Assembly: GCA_951406725.2 (NCBI GenBank)
Contig: OX597835.1
Location: 29,202,001 to 29,266,000, forward strand
Origin: Octopus vulgaris
Lineage: Eukaryota
DNA: 64,000 bases
Reading direction: 5' to 3'
Part shown: positions 13,360-25,469 of the stretch, piece after piece
Layout: every line of letters starts with the position of its first letter
How positions within the stretch are numbered: the stretch's first letter is position 1
Program-made: the position numbers and the translations under genes
Notes under the pieces: generated by a model
Database searches by the model: none
What the model saw: only the letters and a program-made list of their open reading frames with translations
Told to the model about the DNA's origin: nothing

Positions 13360-14500
13360 AAAAAAATTTTTGTATCTCAAGCTTCAATTAATAATTCGAA
13401 CAAATTACATACGAAAAGCGGTTATTCATCAAACTATACCCACATCTTATTCTATTGTCCGTTGCATCATCGTGCCGGAAGCTCAATTCCATGATATTTG
13501 GCTGGTTTAAAGGCAAAAATCTCCTTTCGACCGTTTTCAACCTCATCCATTTTGTTCAACCTACGTCCGTGCAGGAAATGAACCTTGGCTCGGCATAGGT
13601 GCAAGGTTTGGACTGTAAGCAGGGTGAGACAGCACTGCCGCATCTCAAATTATTCCAATTTGCGCTTGGTCATATTGGTAGTGTGTATTGGGGCATTGTC
13701 ATGCTGTAGGAGTGCGCATTTTTGATTGATTAGGTAGAGGGCTTTCAAAGCATAACATACTCGCTCCAGTTTTTTAGCATAAAGGTCAGTGTTCAAAGCA
13801 TGACGATGTAGGACAAGCTCAAAATGCAACATACCTTTGAAATTCCAACAAGCACACAACATGACCTTCTGTTCAAACCGTCCTTGTTTGACAACAGGTT
13901 CAGAAGCCTGGCTGGAACGAAGCCACTGATTTCTCTTATTAGGATTACGAAAATAGATCCATTTTTAATTACCTGTTATAATTCGACACCGATAGCGGGC
14001 TTCTAGAACATTTATCAGCGGTTGTATGAAAATGTTCACTCGTCGTTGAGCCTGATCATTGATTATGTAGTGAGTTCTCGACAGCATCTGTTCACAAGTT
14101 CGAGTTTATGGAGGTGTCAATTGATGGTGCTTTCTGAAAGACCATGTTCCACTGACAATGTTTGAGTGTTTGGGCTTGGCTGTGGTCCAACCACTTGAAG
14201 CAAAGTTTCATGTTTTACAACAGAAAGTTTCTTTGATCTTGGTTTATCTAAGAGTTTGGCGTCATCTTCCTTGGAACGTCTGAACTAATTTTGTGCCACA
14301 CTTTCATTGAAAATTCCTCGGCCTTCCGCATCAGTAATTTGTTTAAACTTGCACTCATTCCTTGTTTTCACTGGTGGCGTAAAATAGCTATAAGTGCAAT
14401 TTTTTTCACCTCTCATTATCAAAGCTGGAAAATAAAGAACAAACAAATAATGTTTATATGTTATTTATGAATATAAGGAATAAACAATTCAGCAACGACT
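13360..14500 (-). mobile_element. Degenerate mariner transposon
   Basis: Minus-strand KVMLCACWNFKGMLHFEL and LLQHDNAPIHT mariner motifs; many stops. Confidence 0.82.
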
Positions 14501-14895
14501 TGACAAGCTATAGAGATACAAGTTGCCAAAAGCCATCAGTGAAAATCCGAACCCGCAAGAAATGGTTGCCAAATCTGATCAAATATTTTGGGACTGTAAA
14601 AGTAAGAACATATTAGACATGAACGTACTTCTTGATATTCGAAAGGCAAAGTTGGATGATTGTCACGCGTTTGAATATAGATCTTTTCGATCAGAATTGA
14701 ACAGATTCTAAATAACGACGTCGACAACAACAGGCAACGTTTCCAATACATACATCAAACACTGCTAGGTTGTTCTCTAGAACTCAAAATTCTTTACACG
14801 TCATTAATTCGTTGCTACCAGACACGCTCCTAAGCATGTATATACTTAGCATACACTACCTATAGACCTGCATGTCATTATACATGTATGTGCAA

Positions 14896-15070
14896 GGCGG
14901 TGAGCTGGCAGGATCGTTAGCACGCCGGTCGAAATGCTTAGCGGTATTTCGTCTGCCGCTACGTTCTGAGTTCAGACTCTGCCGAGGTCGACTTAACTTT
15001 TCATCCATTCGGGGTCGATAAATTAAGTACCATTGAAACATTGGGGTCGATATAACCGACTAATCCTCTC
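14896..15070 (+). mobile_element. SINE family A
   Basis: GGCGGTGAGCTGGCAGGATCGTTAG head and CTTTTCATCCATTCGGGGTCGATAAA core. Confidence 0.88.
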
Positions 15071-15325
15071 CAGAATAATAACCGGTATGTAAAACTCAAT
15101 ATTCCATTGCTTTAAGGTTATGCGTTAGTCGAGTACAGAGCGGAAATAAGAAAATTAGATGACAAAGGAATTAACGATTATCTCCGGAACTTCATTGGAT
15201 TGCACGAGTTTCTGCTATAAGAAGCAGTGAACTTATAGTTGAGTGTTCGAGTAACACCTTATAGATTCCTCAGCGCCCCGAAAATGAAGCGCAATTTATT
15301 TGAGAAAAGAATTACATTTATGCAT

Positions 15326-15391
<66 letters not shown>

Positions 15392-15408
15392 ATGTATATG
15401 TATGTATG

Positions 15409-15450
<42 letters not shown>

Positions 15451-15476
15451 TATATAAATGTATATGTATGTATGTA

Positions 15477-15514
<38 letters not shown>

Positions 15515-15543
15515 TCAAATTTCACAAATATAATATATAGATA

Positions 15544-15840
15544 TAAATTAGAAAAAACCCACCTTCTTTCAATTCAACAATGAAAAAATTAAATTATACC
15601 ATATAGAAAAAAATTACATCTTATAGAAAAATTAAATATAAGATAAAAACATATAACAATGATTAAGTAATGTGCAAAATAATAAATAAAACGTATATAT
15701 TATTTTGCATATTACTCAATCATTGGTATATGTTTTTATCTTATATTCAATTTTTTTCTATAGGATATAATTTTTTTCTATATGGTATAATTTAATTTTT
15801 TCAATGTTGAATTGATAAAAGTTGTTTTTTTTCTAATTTA
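15544..15840. repeat. AT-rich long imperfect inverted repeat (~140-bp arms)
   Basis: TAAATTAGAAAAAAA...GCAAAATAATA is the near reverse complement of TATTATTTTGC...TTTTTTTCTAATTTA. Confidence 0.85.
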
Positions 15841-15849
15841 TATATATAA

Positions 15850-16990
15850 GAAAACAGGCAGTTGTGAGCAATGGAGCCACCTCCAAGGAAACACAAATAG
15901 CAAGCGGTGTCCCACAGGGCACTGTCTTGGGGCCACTGATGTTCATAGTGGCCCTTTCAGACATGCCTTCGGTTGCTACTATGACCACCCTTGCTAGCTA
16001 TGCAGATGACACAAAAGTCTCCCACGCAATACAAAACCCTGAAAATATTGCGCATCTGCAACAGGAGTTGGACACGATATACAGGTGGGCTGAGGACAAC
16101 AAAATGCAGTTTAATGCAGGAAAGTTCCAGGCCCTGCGCTACTGGCACACAAAGGTAAACGACGTGCAGACTGGATACACTGGCCCAGGAAGAATTGCAA
16201 TCCCTGAGTCAAAATCAGTGCGTGACCTGGGCATTGACATGAGCAATGATGCATCTTTCCAAGTGCATATTGCTAATCTGGTGATAAAATGCAGACGGCT
16301 AGCTGGATGGATTCTCCGAACTTTCACAACAAGAGAGAAGGAGACACTGATGGTCCTATGGAAAACATTCGTCCTCAGCCGCTTGGACCACTGCGCCCCA
16401 ACTGTGGTCACCACACAATATAAAACTAACAGCAGAACTCGAATCAATTCAGAGAAGCTACACAAAGAAAATCGTCTCAATGCAAAATATCAGCTACTGG
16501 GAAAGACTGAAGGTATTAAACCTCTTCTCCCTAGAGCGGAGGCGGGAGAGATATGCGGTGATATACATCTGGAAAATCCTGGAGGGTCTTGTCCCAAACT
16601 TTGGCATTCAAAGTTACCCCAACCGCAGAGCGGGGCGTCACTGCATGGTGCCAAGGATTCCAACATCACCATCAAAATACAGGTCCAGATACTGCAACAG
16701 CTTGGGTTTCAGAGGACCACAGCTCTTTAACATCCTCCCTAAATGCCTGAGAGACTTACATGGTGTGGATGTGGGTTTCTTTAAAACTAAACTGGATCTC
16801 TTCTTGTCGGGAGTCCCAGATGAATCTACCTCACGACAGGAGACACAGATGCGGGTAGCAGCATCGAACTCCCTTGTTGATCAAGTGCCACGTATCAGAG
16901 GTGGATTCACAAATTAGTGTAGCTCATTCAGCGGTGGTGCCCCAGCATGGCCGCGGCCTTTGGGCTAAAACATTTTTAAGGATTTAAGGA
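15850..16990 (+). mobile_element. CR1-clade LINE, 5' truncated (RT C-terminal half and 3' end)
   Basis: SGVPQGTVLGPLMF, YADDTK, RDLGI, LERRRERY, GPQLFNILP; one frameshift near 16395; (TTTAAGGA)-type tail. Confidence 0.93.
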
Positions 16991-17049
16991 TATGTATGTA
17001 TGTATGTATGCATGTATATATATGTGTATATACTTATATATATATATAT

Positions 17050-17609
17050 ACTTCCGGTTTTCGTAGGGTAAAGACGTGTGCTTTGCTCTATGATAAGAAA
17101 ACAAAAAGGTTTGCATAAATCGACGAAATAATCGGCGAAAACTCATAAAAAACGTAGAACTTGCTATCTCATAGCGGTCTACTAGGATATAATAGTCAAA
17201 AACCGTAATATATTTCGCTTCAAGCCAAATATAATACACTAAAGTTAATTACGTACGCCAGATTCTCCGTCGAAAAAAGCACGTGGTGACATCTTTTAAG
17301 TTTATTTCTAATCGACTCCAACAAGCGAAAGAACCGTTTTTCTTTTCTTTTTTTGAAAGAAAACATCTTCGTATAGGGAGGACATTTTGGGACTTCTACT
17401 TCTTATAAGATAAGTACCCCTTTTCATTTATTTATTTTCCCGTAATTCAATGTAAGGGCCTATTCTCTGTTTACATTCTTTAATAATCTTTCGGTTTCTG
17501 TTTCAGCTCCGTTACATCTCTCTAAAATTATTCAATTTTTAGATAGGCATATATTTATTTGTTACTTTATATATATATATGTATGTATATATATATATGT
17601 ATGTATGTG

Positions 17610-17670
<61 letters not shown>

Positions 17671-18310
17671 ATATATATATATATATTTACTCAGCCCCTC
17701 AATCTCCCTAAATATATAGACGCGAACATTAGAAGTATAGTCTCAATTAGTTTAGTTTACATTCTTTAATAATCTTTCGGTTTCTGTTTCAGCTCCTTTA
17801 CAGCTCTCTAAAATTATTCAATTTTAGATAGGCATATATTTATAGACGCGAACATTAGAAGTATAGTCGCAATTAATTTAGTTTAGAAGAAAACGTTTGT
17901 AGCTACGGTAAAGTATATACATTTATAATTTACATCCTGTTAATAATCTTTCATTTTCTATTTCAGCTTTCCTCTTAATAATCTTTCATTTTCTTAATCT
18001 TTCATTTTCTATTTCAGCTTCGTAACCTCCTCTCTTTCTTTTCTTTCTCTCTCTGCCTCTTCACTTCTCTCTATCACACCATCTTTCTTCTCTCAGCCGT
18101 TCAATCTTTCCTTGTCTCTTCACTTTTCCACTTCTCTCTCTCACACCATCTTTCCTCTCTCAGCCTCTCAATTTTTCTAAATATATAGTCCCGAACTTTC
18201 TTCTCTTACTCTCTTCTTATCTTCTCTCAGCTCTCAGTCTCTCTAAATGCATAGACACTTTCTTTCTCTATTTCTTCTCTACCCTCTATCACACTATTAA
18301 ATTTCAAATA
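17050..18310 (-). mobile_element. Probable Helitron-like non-autonomous element with internal subrepeats
   Basis: TTTACATTCTTTAATAATCTTTC...TTTCAGCT units at ~17470, ~17757 and ~17930; right end resembles a Helitron TC start on the minus strand. Confidence 0.4.
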
Positions 18311-18319
18311 TAATTAGAT

Positions 18320-21300
18320 AGATAAATAAATAAAATATCCAAAATGTCCAGAACCTGGAGAAGTAACGAATTGGCGTTGTTGCTGAGAGATAATCCGAAC
18401 AACATAATTACAGCTGCGCTGAAGAGCAGTGGATATAAAAGGACAATAGCTCAGATAGAGCGAAAGAAGCAGGAATTTATACGCTTCTATGCACTCATAA
18501 GATCTCACATTGGCACGCTTGATGCCATCTTTGACAACGAACAAAGTAAAGATGGCAAGGATGGAGACGCGGGTGCTGATGAAAGAAGTCACCCCCACTT
18601 GGTAGACACCCAGGAAGAAGATTCAAGTGAGAAACCTGCCCGGGAAGTAAACCCAAGTGCAAGTGCTCCTACCAGCACCAAAAGCGATGGAGATGAAAGA
18701 ACCAAAAAAGAATTAAAAGGAGGAAAAACTAAAAGAAAAACAAAAGGTGAAACAGCCAAAGAAGGAAAAACTATAACTCAAACAAAACCAAAAAAGGAAA
18801 CAGCCAAGGATAGAAGCAAACCTGACTATCCATGTACCAAAAAGGATAGAAACAAACAGTGCACACGAATGTGTAAATTCTACCTGAAAGGTGTCTGCTG
18901 GCATGGAGAGGAAGGTGCAGGCTGCCGTTTTGCACATCAAAGACCCTACCACATGAGCACGAAACAGGTCAGAAACCAACTACCAAAAGGAAAAGGAATG
19001 GACCACGCACCACCTGCCCCAAAACGGAGGTATGCAGATGTGGTGCGTGCTACAAACCGCCAACACGTTATTGAAAGGGCAGCTGCTGAACAAGAATCTT
19101 TTTTTGTGCATGGCACAAAAGATTGTACAGCAGCTAACCTGGCTCCATCAAACTCAAACTCGCGGATGGGACTATCCACAATACACAAGACCGCCACAGC
19201 AAATAGACCCAAGTTGGACACCGCTGGCAACAGCATACACCTCACCTCGATGCTCCTACTGAACATCAGAGGACTGCTAACACTCAGTAACAGGACAAAA
19301 GTCCCGTTCTTGAGAGACTTTGTTGCATGCAATCAAGCCTTATGCATAGCACTTACGGAAACACACCTGAAACCGGACATAGCAGATGCGGAAATACACA
19401 TACCACAGTATGTTGTACTACGGACCGACAGAAAAGAAAGAAGCCATGGAGGAGTTGCTATGTACATCCGTGAGGACCTCACACCCCAGGTCCTTTTGTC
19501 ATACACAAATTCGGTGTGTGACACACTAATTGTACATATAAGGCAACTTGGTGTAGTTATATGTGCTACATATCGCCCTCCAGATGCCCCAAGCCATGTA
19601 GGCAAGTTTGAAGATTGCCTTATAAAAATAGAAGTTCTAGTCACATTAGAACAACACATATGTGTGCTTCTTATGGGAGACTTCAATCTACCCAATGTCA
19701 GATGGCCCGAGGGTCTCTCTCTTCTAGGAATGACACGATGTGAACGAGGACAAGCGAGGTCCCTCCTGAACCTCATCAACACTCTGTACATGGAGCAAGT
19801 AATATTCCAACCAACCAGGGCAGGTAACATACTGGATCTCTGCTTCACAAATAATATGGATCTTATCCATGATGTGAAAGTGACACCGACACTACTCTCG
19901 GATCACAACAAGGTAGAGCTGACCATGTACGGGCCAAAGGAAAGCATGGACATGCAGTCTACAAGAAACTCTCAGAATCTTTCCAGCTTGAACTTCCATA
20001 AGGCAAACTGGAAACAAATTGAGAAAGAGATCCTCAAACAAAACTGGCCTGAATGTCTCTCCTCGCCAGACATTGACATGAAACTTCAACAATTCATGTC
20101 TGTAATACAAGCCATATGCTACAAATGTGTCCCAGAGAGAAAGGCCACTATACACATGAGCAAAATCCCCAGAGAGAGGAAAATTCTAATGAGACGGCGT
20201 ACAAAAGTTTCAAATCGCCTAAACAAACAAATTGAAAGCAGTGAAAAGTCCCGCCTGAAAATAAAACTGTTGGAAATTGAAAAATGTCTGCAACTCTCCC
20301 ATGAAAAAGAAAGAGCAAACAAAGAAGCCTGGGCTATAGACAACATAAAATCTAACCCCAGAGCTTTCTACAGGAATGCCAAAGAAACAGCTACGGTGCA
20401 CTGTAGGATAAGGCCACTCCTTGAAACGGATGGCACACTCACAGGAAATCCAATGAGGGTAAGTGAAATACTAAATTAGCAATTCAAGACTATTTTCACT
20501 CCACCCCTAGGGGATTTTCAAGTCAGCAATCCAACTGACTTCTTTACCACTGCTGGACAAAATATACAAGTGGGCTGAAAAGAATAGCATGCAGTTCAAT
20601 GCTGAAAAGTTTCAAGCTCTATGCTATCAGCACGCAAAACTAAATGCAATACCCAATAAACACACTGGACCTGGTGGGACTGCAATCCCAGAGGCACAAT
20701 CAGTGCGAGACCTGGGTATTTACATGAGTGATGATGCAACCTTTCATGTGCATGTTGCTAAATTGGCAATGAAATGTAGGCGGCTGACCGGATGGATTCT
20801 TAGAACCTTCAGAACAAGAGACCAGGAAACCATGATGGTCCTTTGGAGGACACTTGTCCTAAGCCACTTTGACTATTGCTCTCAGCTATGGTCACCATCC
20901 AGTGTCAAGTTAATCACAGAACTTGAAGCGATCCAACGAAGCTACACGAAGAAGATAGCCATTGTGCAGCATATAAGCTATTGGGAAAGACTCAAGAGAT
21001 TGAGACTCTATTTCTTAGAGCGTAGGTGAGAAAGATATGCCATAATATACATCTGGAAGATCCTAGAAGGACTTGTCCCAAACTTTGGCATCGAGAGTTA
21101 CACAAATGCCAGAACTGGGCACCACTGCATAGTGCCAAGGACTCCAAATTTGCTATCAAGATGTAGGACAAGATACCGTGATAGCCTGGGCTTCCGAGGC
21201 CCACAGCTCTTCAATATCCTCCCGAAGAACCTAAGAGATCTGCATGGGGTGGACGCAGATGTCTTTAAAATGAAACTGGATCTCTTCTTGTCAGGTATCC

Positions 21301-21483
21301 CAGATGAACCAACTTCACGGCAGGAGGTGCAGATGAGGGCAGCTGCATCGAACTCTCTCATGCACCAAATGGCAATTGTTAAAAAGCATTCGTGAAGTAA
21401 AATCATGTAGCAACACCAAATGGCGGTGCCCCAGCATGACCACAGCTTGTGAGCTGAAACTAGATAAATAAAAAAAAAAAAAA
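18320..21483 (+). mobile_element. Near full-length CR1-clade LINE with internal deletion of the RT core
   Basis: ORF1-EN-linker, then an abrupt jump at ~20552 to post-RT sequence (IYKWAE..MQFNAEKFQ); 3' stem-loop and A tail. Confidence 0.9.
18344..20479 (+). CDS. CR1-clade LINE fused ORF1 (CCCH zinc finger) + APE endonuclease and linker, 711 aa
   Basis: CKFYLKGVCWHGEEGAGCRFAH; APE motifs LNIRGL, LTETHL, GGVAMY, YRPP, MGDFN, PTRAGNILDL, SDH. Confidence 0.88.
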   Translation: MSRTWRSNELALLLRDNPNNIITAALKSSGYKRTIAQIERKKQEFIRFYALIRSHIGTLDAIFDNEQSKDGKDGDAGADERSHPHLVDTQEEDSSEKPAREVNPSASAPTSTKSDGDERTKKELKGGKTKRKTKGETAKEGKTITQTKPKKETAKDRSKPDYPCTKKDRNKQCTRMCKFYLKGVCWHGEEGAGCRFAHQRPYHMSTKQVRNQLPKGKGMDHAPPAPKRRYADVVRATNRQHVIERAAAEQESFFVHGTKDCTAANLAPSNSNSRMGLSTIHKTATANRPKLDTAGNSIHLTSMLLLNIRGLLTLSNRTKVPFLRDFVACNQALCIALTETHLKPDIADAEIHIPQYVVLRTDRKERSHGGVAMYIREDLTPQVLLSYTNSVCDTLIVHIRQLGVVICATYRPPDAPSHVGKFEDCLIKIEVLVTLEQHICVLLMGDFNLPNVRWPEGLSLLGMTRCERGQARSLLNLINTLYMEQVIFQPTRAGNILDLCFTNNMDLIHDVKVTPTLLSDHNKVELTMYGPKESMDMQSTRNSQNLSSLNFHKANWKQIEKEILKQNWPECLSSPDIDMKLQQFMSVIQAICYKCVPERKATIHMSKIPRERKILMRRRTKVSNRLNKQIESSEKSRLKIKLLEIEKCLQLSHEKERANKEAWAIDNIKSNPRAFYRNAKETATVHCRIRPLLETDGTLTGNPMRVSEILN

Positions 21484-21578
<95 letters not shown>

Positions 21579-21777
21579 AATATTAGCGAATAAATCTAAA
21601 CTTACAGGGAAAAATTAGATTTAGGATTAAATCCAATTTTATAGTATAAATATATTATATTATATTATATTAAATTAGAGATAAAACCACTATTAGGCAT
21701 ATCAAACAGTGAAAAACATAAGCCAATACATAAAATTAATTTAAAAATATAAAAGTTAAAAATAAATAAATAATATA

Positions 21778-21847
<70 letters not shown>

Positions 21848-22204
21848 AGAGAGAGAGAGAAACATCTATGTGACCTGAGTGAAAACATTACTTTGCCCGA
21901 ATATTTATAAATTAATCTATATTGAGTTCTACTGTTAGAAACGAATTGACTTCTCGAAGTTTCTATATTCTCATGACGTAAACAATGTATACATACATAC
22001 ATACATACATACCCACATACACAGAGACATATCTATTATTATATACATATATATATGCATATATGTATGTATGTCATTATTCAGTTTTATTTCAAGGCTT
22101 CTTGACAGAAGAGAAAGAGCTGGTTTCTAACCTAGATCCAAGGCTCCTTCACTGGAATTTCAACAACACCAACATGATATTTTTGTTTGTTCGTATGTAT
22201 ATGA

Positions 22205-22755
22205 GCAGATTTGCATGTTTTCGTTTTATGTGTGTATTCTCATGCATATAGTTGCATATCTAGACATGCTCAAATATGCTTAAATGATAAATTTCTGGAA
22301 AGTCTTACAGATATTTACAATTCCAGTGATGGATTAAAACTGTAGTCTTCGAATTAGCTTTCTCCTCTCTGGTTTTGAGAAGCTTAATTTCTCAAGACTA
22401 GTATTTAGGCACTGTTTTACATAACCCTGTGCCCCCAAAATTACAGGTATAAACCTGAACTTGTAATCTGGGAAGAGTAACTCCATATTTCTCAATAGTT
22501 CAGCGTAGGTATTCTCTTTTTCAATGCTCCAATCTGTACACAGTTTGTCTTCTCTATCAGGTTTTACTGTGTTTACAATTTATTGAGGTTTTCGCGGAGA
22601 CATATCACCAGTCCTTTTTATTATGAGTGGCTATGCCTTCTACCATACTGTGGTTTCTTATTTCTTTGTCCTTGTGGTCATCCTTCCGACAGATTTCATT
22701 ATATATTATCCTGGCTACAACATCATGCCTCATTAATAAGTAATACTGTGATAAG
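22205..22755 (-). mobile_element. Dong/R4-like (RLE) non-LTR 3' fragment
   Basis: Minus-strand MRHDVVARIIYNEI and restriction-like endonuclease remnants; homologous to 26095-26720. Confidence 0.72.
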
Positions 22756-22828
22756 AATGTATGTATGTATGTATGTATGTATGTATGTATGTATGTATGT
22801 ATGTATGTATGTATGTATGTATGTATGT

Positions 22829-23530
22829 TGATGGCGAGGAGTCTAAGGAGTCAATGATAGGTCTTTGTTTCATAGTATCAATCACTGTTTCATCCACAAC
22901 TGACTCATGGTTTAGGAGTTCAGAGAAGTGTTCGATCCAGCGACCTGTGATTTCTGTTGATTTAGTAAACAGAGTGGAAGACTCCTTGGAAAGCAAAGGA
23001 GCTGATGTGGAGCTCTTAGGTCCATAAGCTGGCTTTATAAGATGGTAAAGCTTCTTGCTGTCATTTGCATCAGCAGCAGCCTTATTAGAATGGAGGATAG
23101 AAGGATTCCTAAGCAGATGCTCTATGGAGAACTTGTGAATGGAAGGAGACTCCGGCAGAAACCAAGGCTACGATTTAAGGACTGTGTCAAGTCCTCGTTA
23201 AAGGCTTTTGATATACAGGACACTGACTGGGAGAACGATGCCTGTCATCGCCACAGATGGAGAAAGCAGGTTAAGGAGGGGATCGACACTTTTGAGAGAG
23301 CACGTATCCAGCATGAAGAACTTAAACGAGCTGCTTGAAAGCGCACGGCTCGTATAGTGAATGGGGAAAGCTTGGTCTGCAATGTTTGCAGTCGTGTATG
23401 CTTGTCAAGAGCAGGGCTAATTAGCCACCAACGGAGCCGCAAATGCAAAATATAAGTTAGTCCTAGAGTGCACAATGTTCCTGAAGGTCGGCAACGGTCT
23501 TCCGCGGTCACGAGTGGACGGCCATCATCA
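22829..23530 (+). mobile_element. RTE LINE 3' end with an inverted upstream segment
   Basis: 22829-23079 minus strand reads AADANDSKKLY...RWIEHFSELLN; 23080-23455 plus strand reads RIPKQMLYGEL...[17 protein letters not shown]; flanked by (TATG)n. Confidence 0.88.
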
Positions 23531-23599
23531 TGTATGTATGTATGTATGTATGTATGTATGTATGTATGTATGTATGTATGTATGTATGTATATACGTGC

Positions 23600-23815
23600 A
23601 GATTTGTATGATTTATGTATCTATTCTCTTGCATACAGTTGCATATCTAGACATGCACAAGTATATAAATGATAAACTTCTAGAAAGTTTTAAAGATTTT
23701 TACAGTTCCAGTGATGGACTGGATCTGTAGTCTTCAAGTTAGCTTTCTCCTCTCTGGTTTTGAGAAGCCTAATTTCTCAAGATTGGTATTTAAGCAATAC
23801 ATTGTTTACATCATA
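23600..23815 (-). mobile_element. Dong/R4-like 3' end fragment
   Basis: Homologous to 22240-22410 and 26105-26280. Confidence 0.7.
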
Positions 23816-23849
23816 AGAATTTAGAAAGAGCCTCGGAAAAATGCATACT

Positions 23850-24660
23850 AGGGTTATCATTATGTGATCATTTTGCGTTTTGCATCTCAAAAACTGAGGC
23901 CTTCATCTTCCCTGCAGATGAAACAACCTTGGCTTTCTTTGGAGCAGTTGAGGAGTGGTGTTTCTGCTACATAGATTGTCTCTTTGTCAAAGTGATGAGC
24001 CCAACACTCATCTTGGCTTAGGAATACGCTCAAAGAAACCAGCTGGATCTGCTTTGAACAATGTCAGATTATCCGTAATGTGATCAGCCTAGTGCTCATT
24101 TGATCAGGTGTCCGAAAACGTAGCACCCATCGAACACAAACCTTCGTCACGCCAAGTTCATTGCGCAGAATATTCTCAACCCTTTCACAGGATATACTAA
24201 TAGCATTGACTATTTAACTTATAGCACATCGCTTGTTATCCATCACCATGTGGTGAACACGATCAATGTTTTCCTTGCTGATGGCAGTTGCAGGACGTCT
24301 AGACCGTGGGCTATATTAAAGACTCTCTGTTCCCCTCGTAAATTCAGCTGCCCTCTCTGCACAGTTGATAAATATGAAGCATCATCCCTAATGTAGCAAT
24401 CATGTCAGCATGAATCTCTCTGGGAGCTAAACCTTTTTTCAACAGGTACTTGATAACACCACGATGCCAAATTTTTGTCCATTTTCAAAAGAAGCCGCTA
24501 CTAGTTACTTTCGAAGACTTCTTTGAAAAGTCAGATGTTCCTTTACATGGAAAGAGGAATTGCAGTTATCAATGAGACGTGTTGAAATTAATGCATGCTT
24601 GATTTCACGGCTCTAGTATTACTCCTTCATAATCAGCCTGTGAACTCTTCAGTTTATCAC
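23850..24660 (-). mobile_element. Degenerate mariner transposon (5' half)
   Basis: Minus-strand VIKYL..KGLAPREIH (HTH) and PRSRRPATA..ENIDRV motifs. Confidence 0.75.
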
Positions 24661-24785
24661 CGTAAAGAATGATTGCAACGCCTTCCCAAATAATCTACAA
24701 GATGTAGGAGAGTATTGTAGTTCGCTTGAAGCATTGTGTATTGTTTGTAAAATATAATGAGTCTTAAATTGCACAACAAGGCACT

Positions 24786-24896
24786 ATAATAACTGTTACA
24801 GTTTAATCATCCCTAGGGATATCTGAAGAAGGGATCTTTGTATTCCGAAATATTATATCAGACTATGGATGATTAAATTACAACAGTTATTATAGT
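24786..24896 (+). ncRNA. Degenerate hammerhead-like motif capping a long hairpin
   Basis: CTGAAGA-AGGGAT...ATTCC-GAAA-TATTATA-TC enclosed by inverted arms ATAATAACTGTT..TTAATCATCC / GGATGATTAA..AACAGTTATTAT. Confidence 0.4.
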
Positions 24897-25469
24897 CGAT
24901 TGTTGTTATTATAAAGCATTGTTGATATAATCTACTAGAAGTGATTTTTTCGGGATTTCGGTTATTTAGCTATTCTGTTCTATATTCGCACGTATTTTAT
25001 TTAATTCACAGACAATTTGTTATTCATTTAACACTAACACAATATCTGATATCCCACTTCAGATCGATAACTCTCAATCAGTATTTACGCCATAATTCTG
25101 GTCAAATAAAGAATTAAGATTATATTATGTTATTCATTAAACTAAAGATCATGTACCATTTTCGTTCACTGAGAAGTCAATAAAACAGTGAGCCCGTTGC
25201 TCTATTAAGTAACTTGGTAGCTGTAGGTTAGTTTCTTTTAATAGCACTATGATATATTGGATAACTTGATACTTATAGGTCTGTGGTTTTCTGGCACTAA
25301 TTGAAATAAAACATATTCAGTGAATTTATACTTCTGGGTCACTTTCTCAAATGAAAATAGAATGCATTTAATAATTTCATTTCGGTTCGTTACGCTGCTA
25401 CACGCAATAGTTATGTCTGCTAACATGCTTATTTTTATTCTTAAGAATTAGTCACAGACATGTCTTTTC

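Noticed and set aside
18344-20479. 711-aa ORF as a host gene
   Set aside because: Intronless APE-type LINE protein continuous with CR1 3' sequence and tail.
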